DNA of 64,000 nucleotides, taken from contig JALMLS010000354.1 in NCBI GenBank assembly GCA_038496445.1, positions 124,001 to 188,000 of the forward strand, given 5' to 3'. Origin of the DNA: Trichosphaerium sp. ATCC 40318. Lineage: Eukaryota; Protista; Tubulinea. Position numbers and translations under genes: made by a program. The notes under the pieces were generated by a model. The model did not search any database and was not told the DNA's origin. It saw only the letters and a program-made list of their open reading frames with translations. How positions within the stretch are numbered: position 1 is the first letter of the stretch; each line of letters starts with the position of its first letter. Below, piece after piece: positions 14,201-25,882 of the stretch.

Positions 14201-17200
14201 GATTGCCATTGCAGCCAACTTGTTGCCTCTTCGCACTTTCTTGCGGGATGACATGTCTTTCCATGAGTTGATGGAAAAGGTAACAGACACCGTTGAAGCA
14301 GCATTCATAAACCAGGATGTTCCATTCGAAAAGATACTTGGCACAGTACGCGATCAAATTAAAGACGCCAACCAGGACTCTGCCTTGTTTCAAGTTGTTT
14401 TCAATTATGAACAACATAATGAATACCCTCTCCCATCTTCAGTTAGATCCTTCCAAGTGCGTCATGAACATATGCCTCTGAAGCCGTGTTGGTGCTAACC
14501 TTACCATTAAAAGGTGAAACGCCTTCCTTTGAGCGTTGGCCATTCAGCATTTGATCTATCCATGTCTGTATCTGTAGATCACCAAATTCAGTACGTTTGT
14601 CAATACTGTGGAATATACTGACACAAGACAACAGTGTGGATTTGCAGTACAATAACCAACTCATCAATGGAGCACGTGTTGAAGAGATTGGTCTTCAATT
14701 TCAATTGTTGTTGAAACAAATTGTACAAAACCCAGAAGCCAACATCTTGGAATACACACTCATTACTGGTACACCACCAATTCACACTGGTTTTCAAAAA
14801 ACTAATCATTGCTCCAGACGCTGCAAAAAGTAAACTTTGCGATCCAACTACACCCCTCGACAGCACGTGGTTGGGTTCTATTCAATCTTTCCTCACCAAA
14901 AATGTGCGCATGTTCCAATGGCTTCTCAGTCTAACATATTCTCTAGGCTAAGAAAGCAGGAAAGCGTATTGCTATGGCATACCAAGGTAAAACCTACACA
15001 TACTCTCAGTTGGAAGGTTGGGCAAACCAACTTGCAAACCTCCTTATCAAGAAGGGCATAAAAAAGTCTGACTTTGTGGGCATTTACGGTCACCGCTCGC
15101 CTCCTGTAGTTATTGCAATCATTGCTATCCTCAAAACAGGTGCAGGATACACCATGATGGATCCTGCTTATCCTTTTGAAAGGATAAAGGCATGCTTGGG
15201 CATCGCCAATCCAAAAGGGTATCGTCACTGCAAAATGTTGCATGTAGGTTTACAGTACCACTAGGTGGCTCGCCATTGAAGAAGCTGGACAAGCACCAAA
15301 ACAACTTTCTCGCTTCTTGGATGAGAGTGTGCGTACTGCAACGATTAGTCGGTATATATTTGTTAGCTAAAGATTACGTTCCCAGGGACTGCTAGCCAAC
15401 ATTTCGTTACCTCCTTTACATAAACTAGAAAAGAGTGGTTTGTTCAAGGACATTCCTATCACATGCCCAGACGTCACCACAGGTAAACTTTACTCTTCTA
15501 TTCCTTTTCATCGCTTGTACACACAACTTACCCGGTTCATCAAAGGCCCTGATGACGTAGCTGTTGTTACATTCACTTCAGGCTCAACAGGAGTGCCAAA
15601 GGGTGTTATGGGAAGACACATTTCCTTGACTCACTTTTATCCTTGGATGGGTGAGAGATTTGGCATCACTCAAGACGACAGGTAATCCTTTTATAGCCAT
15701 TAATGTCTGGATTACTAAGCAAAGAAATTAGATTCTCCATGGTCTCAGGTATTGCTCACGATCCTCTTCAGAGAGATATATTTACGCCATTGTATTTTGG
15801 CGCACCAATATACATCCCAACACAGGACGACATTAACAATCCTGGACAACTCGGAGAGGTATCTTCATAAAAATTTGTTGATCGTAATACTAATCATTGA
15901 CAAGTGGATGCGCGATAACAAAATCAACGTTACATGTATGACACCTGCTCTTGGTCAAATATTGACAACTGTGGATAACCCATCATTCACTATCGACTCA
16001 TTGAAGCTTTCCTTCTTTGTTGGCGATTGCCTCATTAAACGTGACGTATACCGTTTGATGAAGCTTGCACCAAATGGCAAAGTCATCAACATGTACGGCT
16101 CAACCGAAACACAGAGATCAGTTGGTTACTTTGAAGTACGTGCAATAATTGTGTAGCTAAAAGAGTCACTAACTATCCATGATAAGGTACCAACAGGTCC
16201 AGCTTTGGCTGCTTTGAAAGAGGTCATTCCTTGCGGTGTAGGTATGAAGGACGTGCAATTGGTTCTTCTTAACAACGCTGGACGCCTTCTTGGTGTCGGT
16301 GAAACAGGCGAGATTTACGTGAGAAGTCACCACCTCGCCAAGGGTACGTACTAGCTTGTTTTACCTCAGTTCTGACTTGGGTTTGTTTGTAGGATACATC
16401 GGTCTTGAGAAACAAACAAAGGCGAGATTTATTCAAAATCCATTCTCTACTGTGGATGGAGACAGATTTTATAAGACTGGCGATCTTGGTCGCTACTCTA
16501 ACGAAGGCATCATCGAATGCTTGGGACGTGCCGACGATCAAATTAAGATTAGAGGATTCAGGATTGAGCTTGGAGAGATAAACGCCACGTTGAGCCTCCA
16601 TCCTTCCGTTAAGGTTTGTCATTATTTCGAAGCCTAAAAACCAGGTATGTGGGGCTAATCAAATACCTCTAGGAAAATGTGACTATTGTGCGTGAAGACA
16701 TACCTGGTCAAAAGAGAATATGCGCATACGTCGTACCTAGCTCGTTGAACGAGAAGGGTATTCACCAATCAGGAAGCATTGACATCCAGGCGATCACAGA
16801 CAAACTTAAAACTTTCTTGAAAAAGAAACTGCCACATTACATGGTGCCAACACACATTATCATCTTGCAAGCCATGCCGCTCACACCAAACGGTAAAATC
16901 AACCGTCGCATTCTCCCATCCCCAGAGAAACGACAAAGCTCGTACGATCTCGCAATTCTCTCTAATACACAAGAGAGACTAGTCAAGATTTGGGCTAAAG
17001 TACTTCAATGCGAGATTGAAAGCATTGAAGACAACTTTTTCGACCTTGGAGGTACGCCAGCCTCGCAGATTTAAGGGTAGTTTATTGACTAATTACCATT
17101 TCCAGGACACTCAGTGCTGGCTACACGCCTAACCTTCGAAATGAAGAACGCCTTCAAAATCAACATTCCTATGCAGTTGTTGTTTCAAGCGCCAACAATT

Positions 17201-19069
17201 GGCGAACTAGCAAAGGCTATTGACGCTTTAAAGGTAATAAATATACAAAGTTGTTTCCCAGCACTAACATATGTCATAAACAGAAAGGTAACGTTGCAAC
17301 TACCAAGCCACAGGCTGTTATCGACTTGGAACGTGAAGCACAACTTGATGAATCAATTCATCCAGCCAAGAACATCCTTCCAGCTGTTGAAAAGAGTAAA
17401 ATACGTAATATTCTTTTAACTGGTGCCACTGGTTTCCTCGGCGCCTTTTTGTTACAAAGCCTCCTTTTACAAACAAAGGTACGTTCCTAGAACATAGTAG
17501 CAGTGAGGGTGTACCCATAATACTTACACAAATGATTAAGGGAACAATCATTCATTGCCATTGTCGAGCCAAGAATGAAGAAGAAGGTTACAAACGCCTA
17601 GAGAAAAACTTGAAAGCACATATGATTTGGCAAGACGATGTACGCAATCTAACACTATGTTACTGTTTACTAACGTTTGTTGTAGTTCGTTGGCAGATTC
17701 CGTGCTGTACCTGGTGATTTGGGCTATCCTCTACTGAGCTGGAGCCAAGAATTGTTTGACAGCCTCGCTGAAAAGATTGACCTCATCATCCACAATGGTA
17801 CCAAAATTGCACTTATAGTTATAGATCACTGGTGTTGACGTTGTTTGTTCCTATCAGGTGCTCTTGTCCATTGGATACTACCATACGATAAATTGAAGCC
17901 GGTGAACGTAGTTGGTACCGTAGAAGTATTGAGATTCGCCTGCACAACCAAACTCAAGCCTGTGCACTACGTATCTACAACCAGTGTGCTCGACACGCTA
18001 CACCACAAGAAATTGAAGGTAGTATACGAGAACGACATGTTGCCGAGTTGCGAGGGCTTGACTGGAGGATACCCTCAAACAAAGTGGGTCGCTGAACGTC
18101 TCCTGATGCAAGCGAGAGAGCGTGGTGTCCCTGTATCATGCTACCGACCTGGTTACGTTGTTGGTGATTCCATTAACGGTGTATTTAACACTGACGATTT
18201 TCTGGCCCGTCTAATGAAGGTACTGGACGGAACCCGTCTTTATTTTGTCTAACTGTCTAAATTAGGGTTGCGTACAATTGAAGTGTTACCCTACACTATC
18301 CAACACATTGGACATGAGCTCTGTACGTATAATATCAACCACCACAGCATACAGTGGCCGTTTGTTACTGATGCTTGTACATAGGTTGATTACGTATGTC
18401 AATCCATTGCCCACCTTGCTGTATCCGGTCCTACGAGCAACAAGGTATGCCTATTACCACCCCCCCCATTTTGATTACCATTAACTGGTTGTTTCTTTGT
18501 TTAGACGTTCCACACTGTCAATCCTAATCTGTACTCATTCGCAAGTCTGTTCAAGACGATAAAATCTTTCGGCTACGAGCTGGAGGAAGTGCCTTTCAAG
18601 GAATGGACAGAAAAGCTAATTGCTGTTTGCGAAGACAATAACGAGAACAATGCCCTGAGCTCTATGCTCGGTCAGTTCACAGCAGATTGGGCCGATATGA
18701 CCAAGAACCCAATTTACGATTGCAGGTACACCACCCGCTTTGATTATACCAAAAAAAACCACCACACTTACCCAGCACTAACGCGTTCTCGAAGCAACAC
18801 CAAGGAAGGTATAAAGGAAGCCAAAATAACATGCCCTCAAATGGATGCGCTTGTAGTGACATTCTTCTCGTACTTTATTGGATGCTCGTACGTGACGTGG
18901 TTCACAATACCCAAAACAAAACTTGGATTGCACATACTAACTTAGCCCTAGATTCATTGACCCTCCTCCAAAGAGCCCTAACAACGCCCTAAACATCAAC
19001 TGGAATAAAATCAAAAAGGGAGTACAAGCGTTAACTAGAACAAATAGACACGACGCTTCTAAAAAATAA
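11277..19069 (+). CDS. LYS2: Multidomain alpha-aminoadipate reductase: degenerate saccharopine dehydrogenase (Lys1-like) - condensation-like - adenylation - thiolation - reductase
   Basis: Lys1-like HIWLRAE..RAPLTP, LLDIEYL..GKRLTSFG, VVDVSCD..NPLPIY; C domain QRRIW..HRIIADD..QDVPFE; A domain FTSGSTGVPKGVMGRH, SGIAHDPLQRDIFTPL, NMYGSTETQRSV (Lys2 signatures), YKTGDLGR; T domain NFFDLGGHS; R domain LTGATGFLG, GYPQTKWVAE. Start codon inferred. Confidence 0.9.
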
Positions 19070-19159
19070 GCCAACTGTCAAATTTAAACCAAAGAGTGTT
19101 TGAAAATAAACCAATTTTATGCGAATTTTGGTTCCAAGACCTTTATTTTCAACACAAGT

Positions 19160-22100
19160 CTAGACATAGCTATAAATCATGCTTGGCGTGTACCTGAGCT
19201 CAGTTAAATATCCTTTCATGATCTGCGAAAAAGAAGGGATTGTTAACCACGCCACCATATTATTTGAAAACGCACCTTTATCATAACTGGCGGTCCACAA
19301 AGCACGATAAGCGTGTCGTCTGCTGGTGGAGGCATATGCTTCTCTATCATCTCTTCGGTAATGAAACCAGTGCCCATTGTCCAATTACGAGGAGGCTGGC
19401 AAAGCGTCAGATGTGACAATGGTATTAGGTTAGCGATAACATCTTACCTCAGACAACGTGATGAACATGTCAATGTTTGTCCGCGTCATAGTGTAGTACA
19501 TTAAAACGTCACGGCAAAGGATATCCTCTTCTTTTAGGTTGCCATACAACAATGTAAATTGTGTTGTATCCTCAGGGTGCCTTGCAGCTGAGTTTATAAT
19601 CTATAGAACAATTTAACACGTGTTTTTCACAAAACAATATTATTTTGTAGTTACCTGAACCATTGGAGAAATACCGGTGCCACCTCCAACAATAGTTAGG
19701 AGACAAGCTTGGTAAATATATGGGCGTACCTGCAATCATGCCAACGTTTTTCCACTTTAACCTGTGATATTCCAAGCCACCTAGAGGCCCTTTCAAGTCA
19801 AGAGTGTCACCCACCTTCATGTTGTTAAAATGAGTGCACATTGAGCCTGGTGTTAGTTTATCTTTTTCAATCTATGGTGCAAGTGAGTTTTACCAACCTG
19901 CAATATAACACTAGAGTATACCTTCACAAGCAAGCTTATGCTGCCGTAATCGGAGTTGCGCGAGATGGGCGAATAATACCTAACTACCTCTTTGCCTTCT
20001 AATTCCGCCCTAAACAACTCGAGTGAGCCATTGTCTAATCTACCTCCTTTTGTCATTAAAATAGAACTGCAAGTACCTAACAGCAATGTACTGGCCAGTG
20101 TACATCCCAGCGTGATTGGCTTCCTCAGGAAATGCGAATGTGAATACTACGTTGTGCTCATTCATCGCAACCTTGGAGCGCAGTGTCAAAGGTACGAACT
20201 TATCGGGATGCAGTGCTACAAGGCGGCGAGTTTTAGTTGTACGTGATGTAAGAAGTGACATTGTACCTCGCTTGTGCAGGACTCCTTTTTCATCAACAAA
20301 GTCAGGTTTTACATTGGTACTTCCAATGCCTCTGTCTCCAACGTGCTGCGCTGCTTCATTGCCCGCAATGCGTCCAAAAACAACGCACTGAGCGGCAGAA
20401 TCTGGTTAATACTAGGCACTAAAAACACAGCAATCTTGTCAATGTACCTCAAGCAACGAATTTCCACCAAGTCTATTATTCCCGTGAAGACCGCCAGTGG
20501 CTTCGCCAGCTGCGTACAAACCTGATATAACTTTGCCATCCGTATTGAGTACTTGTGTCTTTTGATTAAACTGTACGCCACCCCTTTTCCAATGGTTAAA
20601 ACTATCGGCTCCACTTAAAAATACATAAACTGAACGTACATAGTGTAGTGAATAGATGGTGTTGTCATGACAACATCTCAATAATTAAAGAAGAACACGT
20701 GGTGAGCAGGTTTTAGAAAAAAATTGACAAAGGGGTGGTGAGGATACAAATCTTTTTAGCCGGATCGAAAGTTAAAGGAACATCGTCGATGGCATAAAAC
20801 TGGCTCTTTCCAAACGGATCGTTGCCTTCTTTCGCTGCCTTAGCGTGTTGACTCAGCGTTTCTTTGATGCAAGTCTCTTCGCATCCAATAAAGGCTGCGG
20901 TTGCAGTAGCATCAGCACACTCGGTGATCAAACCTATCCTGTCTGGTGGGCTAGATATTAGTTGCCAAGTTTGAAGCGTTATTTTGGTGCCTTTGTAGAA
21001 GGAAAATAGCTTCTGGCCAAATGCGGCTGCCATTTCTTCAGTGAGCAGAAGATAGCACACGATTGGAACGATCTGTCCTTCACCAGGTTTAGCGTCAGAC
21101 TTGTCATACTTGGCACAATTCTTGAAAATTGCATTGGATACTACATCTCTGTAGGTAAGTTCATCCACAAACCGATTTCCTTTGTTATTTACCAGAATCT
21201 AAAACGCCTATTAGTGCTCGACTGTCATTAAGAGCAACGTACGCCACCATATCCGCGGAAAGCCTCCGGTGCTAGGAACTTTTTACGCTCGAAAGGTTTT
21301 TTGGGATGAACCTTGGTGCGTCACATTAGGGACGATAGCCTCATCCGAGGAAAAAATGTAAAATGGATTTTTAATTGCGTACAATTCCAGTTGGGTGCAC
21401 TTGTATCTAGGACAATTAGAAAAAGAGATGACTGTGAAATACATTACCTCCTTCATGTCTACAACATTTGCTCCAATTTGTTGAGCCATTGTTACGCCCT
21501 AGCAGTTTATGAGCCAAATCCAACCCAGGCTAGCCAAACTACTTTACCTCTCCGAGTGCAAAAGGACCATTTGTAGTAGGAAGTTTACTTACTTCCTCGC
21601 TAGCGTACTTTCCCAAAAGCGCATCTGACGCTGAAAATCTACGAAGACAAAGTGTCAATAAAGGAATCATCGAAACAGTTCATACCCTCCCGTAGTTAGT
21701 ACCACACTGTCCGCGAACAAATTAATCTTTTTGAGATGTTAGTTGTAGTTGACAGATTTGTTCTACCGTACGTTGAGTGTATGCACTTCAAATTTCTGAG
21801 TGCATCTCACGCCGACCACCTAGCGCCGCCAATACATTAGTGATAAATAACCTATCGATGGCGTACTGCGCCTTTGTCGTTGATCAAGAGTCTGTTTGCC
21901 TCAGTATTGAGTAATACGCGCATTCTTGACTTGTCCAGCGTGTCAACGTGCGTGATGAGCGCTTTCATAATGTGTCCTCCCATATTCTCTAGTCTTCCGT
22001 CTGCTCTTGGCTTCGCTCTGTGTGTGCGGGTTGCCTATAATTAGGTTAATAACATACAAAGGCATGCGATAAACGCTGTGGAGAAGTATACTCACCGAAT

Positions 22101-22724
22101 GCCCTCCACACAAGCTAAGCATTGACGTATCTACGCCGTATTTCTCCAAAAAATCTAACGCCTCTGCGGATTTGTCTACTAACGTTGAAACGAGTTGTTG
22201 GACGCATTTTCCTCTGCCCGCCCTAAAAAATTATTAAATCACGTTTTAGCAATCAGCAAGCGCACTTGTTCGTGTCCTCCTTGAAGAGGTCGTTTGTATC
22301 GTTTATTCCTTGTGCCTTTTGAGCTTTTGAATTAACGGCATTTATGCCTGAACTTGCATACTGCGAGTTTCCACCGAGCCTATGTCGTTGTGGGCGAAAA
22401 AATGATACAGAAAACTTTTGGATAAAGGCGTTTTGTACTTGGCATTTTTTTCTACTAGAGTCACTTCTGCTCCGTCGTTGTACGCTTCAATAGCGGCACT
22501 CACACCTGCCAAGCCACCTCCTATTATCAAAACGCTCTGTACAGCTTCATAGAATGAGGTGAGAAGTAACGTTAAATTATCGAACTGTACGTACACATGC
22601 TTTCACGTTGAAATAGACCAATTGTCTGGTCAGATACAGTAAACAAAGAAATGAGAACGACTAAGAAAAAAATAAAGCTAAGCGGCATCCCGGCACTGTA
22701 ACTTATGAAAATGGCTAAGAACAT
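19160..22724 (-). CDS. Fumarate reductase (flavocytochrome c/Osm1 type) fused to an NADH-cytochrome b5 reductase domain, N-terminal hydrophobic segment
   Basis: IIGGGLAGVSAA (FAD), FLAPEAFRGYGG, RFVDELTYRDVVS, GLYAAGE..GGLHGNNRLGGNSLLE, then RYYSPIS, LKGPLG, MIAGGTGISPM, LCGPP. Confidence 0.9.
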
Positions 22725-22856
22725 AGTCCAAAATAGTATACAAGAGCTCTTGGTTCTGTTAAACCGTTCTGCACGTGTATTGGTATTGAGATTTAAGAGA
22801 TAAAAATGTATTTTACACGTGTTCTCTACGATGTTGTACAACTTGCACAAGCAAAC

Positions 22857-25743
22857 CTAACCAAATATTTTGAGGGCGCCTGCCATCAAAGTTCTTTGTA
22901 CAGATCGCTTGTGGGTGTTTATGGGCGTAAACTCAAAATCTAATGTAAAGTAAGAAAGCCCACAAGGAAAATTGAAGAATAGCTTACCTTTGTAAACAAC
23001 AGACAACACAGACGGCCAGTACGGTGCCAATCCGCCACCGCCACAATCCTGCACTTGGCGGTACGATATGCGGTTCCAGTCATGTGCACAGCGTACACGC
23101 AAATGCTGTGCTATGCTTTCCAAAAATTGTAGCGTATTGCTTTTATTGTGCCAAAAATATCTACCAACCTTTGCTATTAAACAAAAAATTCAGTAAAGTC
23201 ACTACATTCTAATAATATCTAAGTACCATGAGCACATCTAAATTTTGTGATATCCCAGGGAATATCCGGGTAGAGGGTTGTTAACATGCGTTGCACTGTC
23301 CCAAAAGTTCTACAAAACTGGTCAACATAACTACTTTAGGAGGTTGTATTTCAGCGAACTTGATAAATCCAGAGCCACCTTGGGCGAGTATGTCTTTGTA
23401 AGTGATATTGTACCACATGTCAACCGTCATGACGCGTAGCGCTACCTCTAACTATTTTGTGTGTAAACAATAATGTACATTATACCAGAATCAGAAAAAA
23501 AGAAAATGCAATAAAGTGCGCACATGTTGAAGGTAATGGCGTGTGTTGATATTATCCATCCAATACCCTCTAGCAACGCTTTCTAGAATACTGTTAAACA
23601 ACATTCCTCATTGGTGACATACTGAAGTGCCATGAAACCCAATCATAACTCGGGTACACGCCACTTAACAAAGCCTGCAGTGAACCACCATAGTGCCTGG
23701 CGTATTGATTAGCTTGTTTTGTAGTGGTGGCGGTCTGTTCGTACCCCAAGACCGACCCTGCTCCATAAACCACTGCAAGAGTTACTTCTACAGAGTACCA
23801 ATCATCCATTGTGTATACGGATAATGCAGGTGCTAATTGTGTTTCGACAAAGTGAACTTGATTGGATGTATTGGCCCAGTAGTGCTGGGGAACGAATCCT
23901 AACACCAGGTCGGTATTTAAAGTAGCAATTTTCTAAAAAACAAAGTACGAAATTGGTATGGCTTCCAATCGAAATCCGGATATACTGATGTTATGAAGGC
24001 CTGAAATGATCTATCTGGATAGTTTCTAAATGCGAATTAAATAGGAAACGTGAATAGGCGTCGTACTGCAACAATCCTCCTCCACCTAGTGCTACAAAGT
24101 CTGAGCCACTAACATTGTACCAACCCTCAATCTCTTCAATATTTAAATGCATCTCCGCCTACATATAAACAGTTAACCCAAATACTGTATCCAATGATTT
24201 TTGTCAAGTACCTCACGGACAAACATATTTACATTATCGATGGAGCTCCAAAAGTTGTTGGTAGTCTTACCTTTAAGCAGAGTTGGTTAGTTTTGCAACC
24301 ACCACGTTAACAGCGAGGCGTACCGAATTTCCAAGGGATCCATAATGTTTGAGGGTAGACATACTTTAATAGTGAGATTAAAGAAAAGTCAAACATCCTG
24401 GCAGACTATAAATAGCGTAACTGATGTAACACTTGCGCACGATAATAGAGACGATACTCCCAGTTTGATGAGCGGCTCAACTCTGACATTGTACCAATCA
24501 TCTAACTCTTTAACTTGGAATTGTCGCTCTATCTGGTGGCATTTATCAGCATTGTTAACAACAACGGAGGACCTGTGTACGTCAATTATGAAGTCAAATA
24601 TGTTTTGAGCGTTATGCCAGTGCCCTTCAGAAATCCTATCTATAAAGTGTTACAAACAGCTCGAGAAAAGCAAAATGCACTCACAAAACATCCAAGCTAT
24701 CCATTTGTATTCGGGATAAAAGAATCGTGTTAACTGAGCAACAGAATCACCAAACCTTGGCTGTATTAGTAACACTTATACAACTCATTATATAAACGCA
24801 TGTACAATCTAAGAATGGCAGCACTGTGATGCAGTGCCATGGTACGTGGTGAGACGTTATACCAGTCGTCAATGCTCTTTATTGAAGCGCTATTTTCAAA
24901 CCTTCTTATGCTGTAAAGAAGGGATTCCTTGCTTGGTTTTGGTCCATACACTAGTAGAAAACACAATGAGCACAGAACACTGTGATGAAGTTAGGTGTAC
25001 CAAATTCCCAGGGATACCATTGTTGTTCAGGGTAAACACTTGAGAGCATGGCTTCCATTGACCCATACAGGCTATAAAACACTCAGACTCAAAACTTGCG
25101 GTTTTCAAATCTGCTTTGTTAAGTACGCACTCTAACAATGTGTGGGATGTGACATTAATAAAACTCAAAGGAGTAATGCTTCGCCAGTGATCGATAGTTT
25201 TGATTTGAAACTTATCTTCTGCCTACGCATGGTACACGTGAGCGTGTCAACAATAATGGTGTACTTCGTACGTATCTGATCGCCTGTCCTATGATATCAG
25301 CAGACCACGTAAAGGGCTGGTTCTCTAAACGTCTTTTAGCGGGAGGTTACATTTCACGGTTTACACTAACCAAATCGCCAAACCATGCATGTTTTCTCGC
25401 GGTACGCTGCCTTTACTAGCTTGTACACGGAGCTGTCAAAATTTCTACAAAATGTTGATTGTTGATTACAGATGCCTAAATGTACCTCTGCAGTGATACC
25501 CACGCGTCAATTTTATAAAAATCAGCACCATCAACGCTGTACCAATCATCGAAAGTGAAAACGTTTAATTTTGGTTCTACCTGCTCGCTTTTTAATCTAC
25601 GAATTGCCACATGGTAATTTTACCTGCTTTGCAAGCGCTGTAGCAATCTCACATTTGCTTTTTGATGAAGTTACGCTGTATCTACGTAAACTATTGCCTT
25701 CATGACTTGAGCGACACCTGACGCCAATTGGGCGCAGATACAT
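22857..25743 (-). CDS. DWY-repeat protein (~8 repeats of ~65-70 aa) with a putative mitochondrial presequence and no complete C-terminal nuclease
   Basis: Repeated (D/G)WY.V....GG..LL..Y..SL...L..VYP...W..W.F units near 25535, 25190, 24860, 24490, 24120, 23800, 23415 and 23070; N-terminus MYLRPIGVRCRSSHEGNSLRRYS. Confidence 0.75.
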
Positions 25744-25882
25744 GCATAACAAGGCTAAAAGACAAAGTAGCACGTTGCAACTTAAAAAAAAGTTTTTCTG
25801 CGGGTCTGACTTAATAATAAATAGTACAAGGTTGTATTTTCTACATGCAAGAGAAACTTCTCATAAATACAATTTAAGGACT

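Noticed and set aside
8736-22724. Secondary-metabolite NRPS gene cluster
   Set aside because: The A domain carries Lys2-specific signatures (primary lysine metabolism), the C domain lacks the catalytic His, and the neighbours are not typical tailoring enzymes
22724-22862. Fusion of the DWY-repeat gene to the fumarate reductase via a cryptic intron
   Set aside because: An in-frame GT-AG path exists, but FRD has its own hydrophobic N-terminus and chance explains it; no support without cDNA
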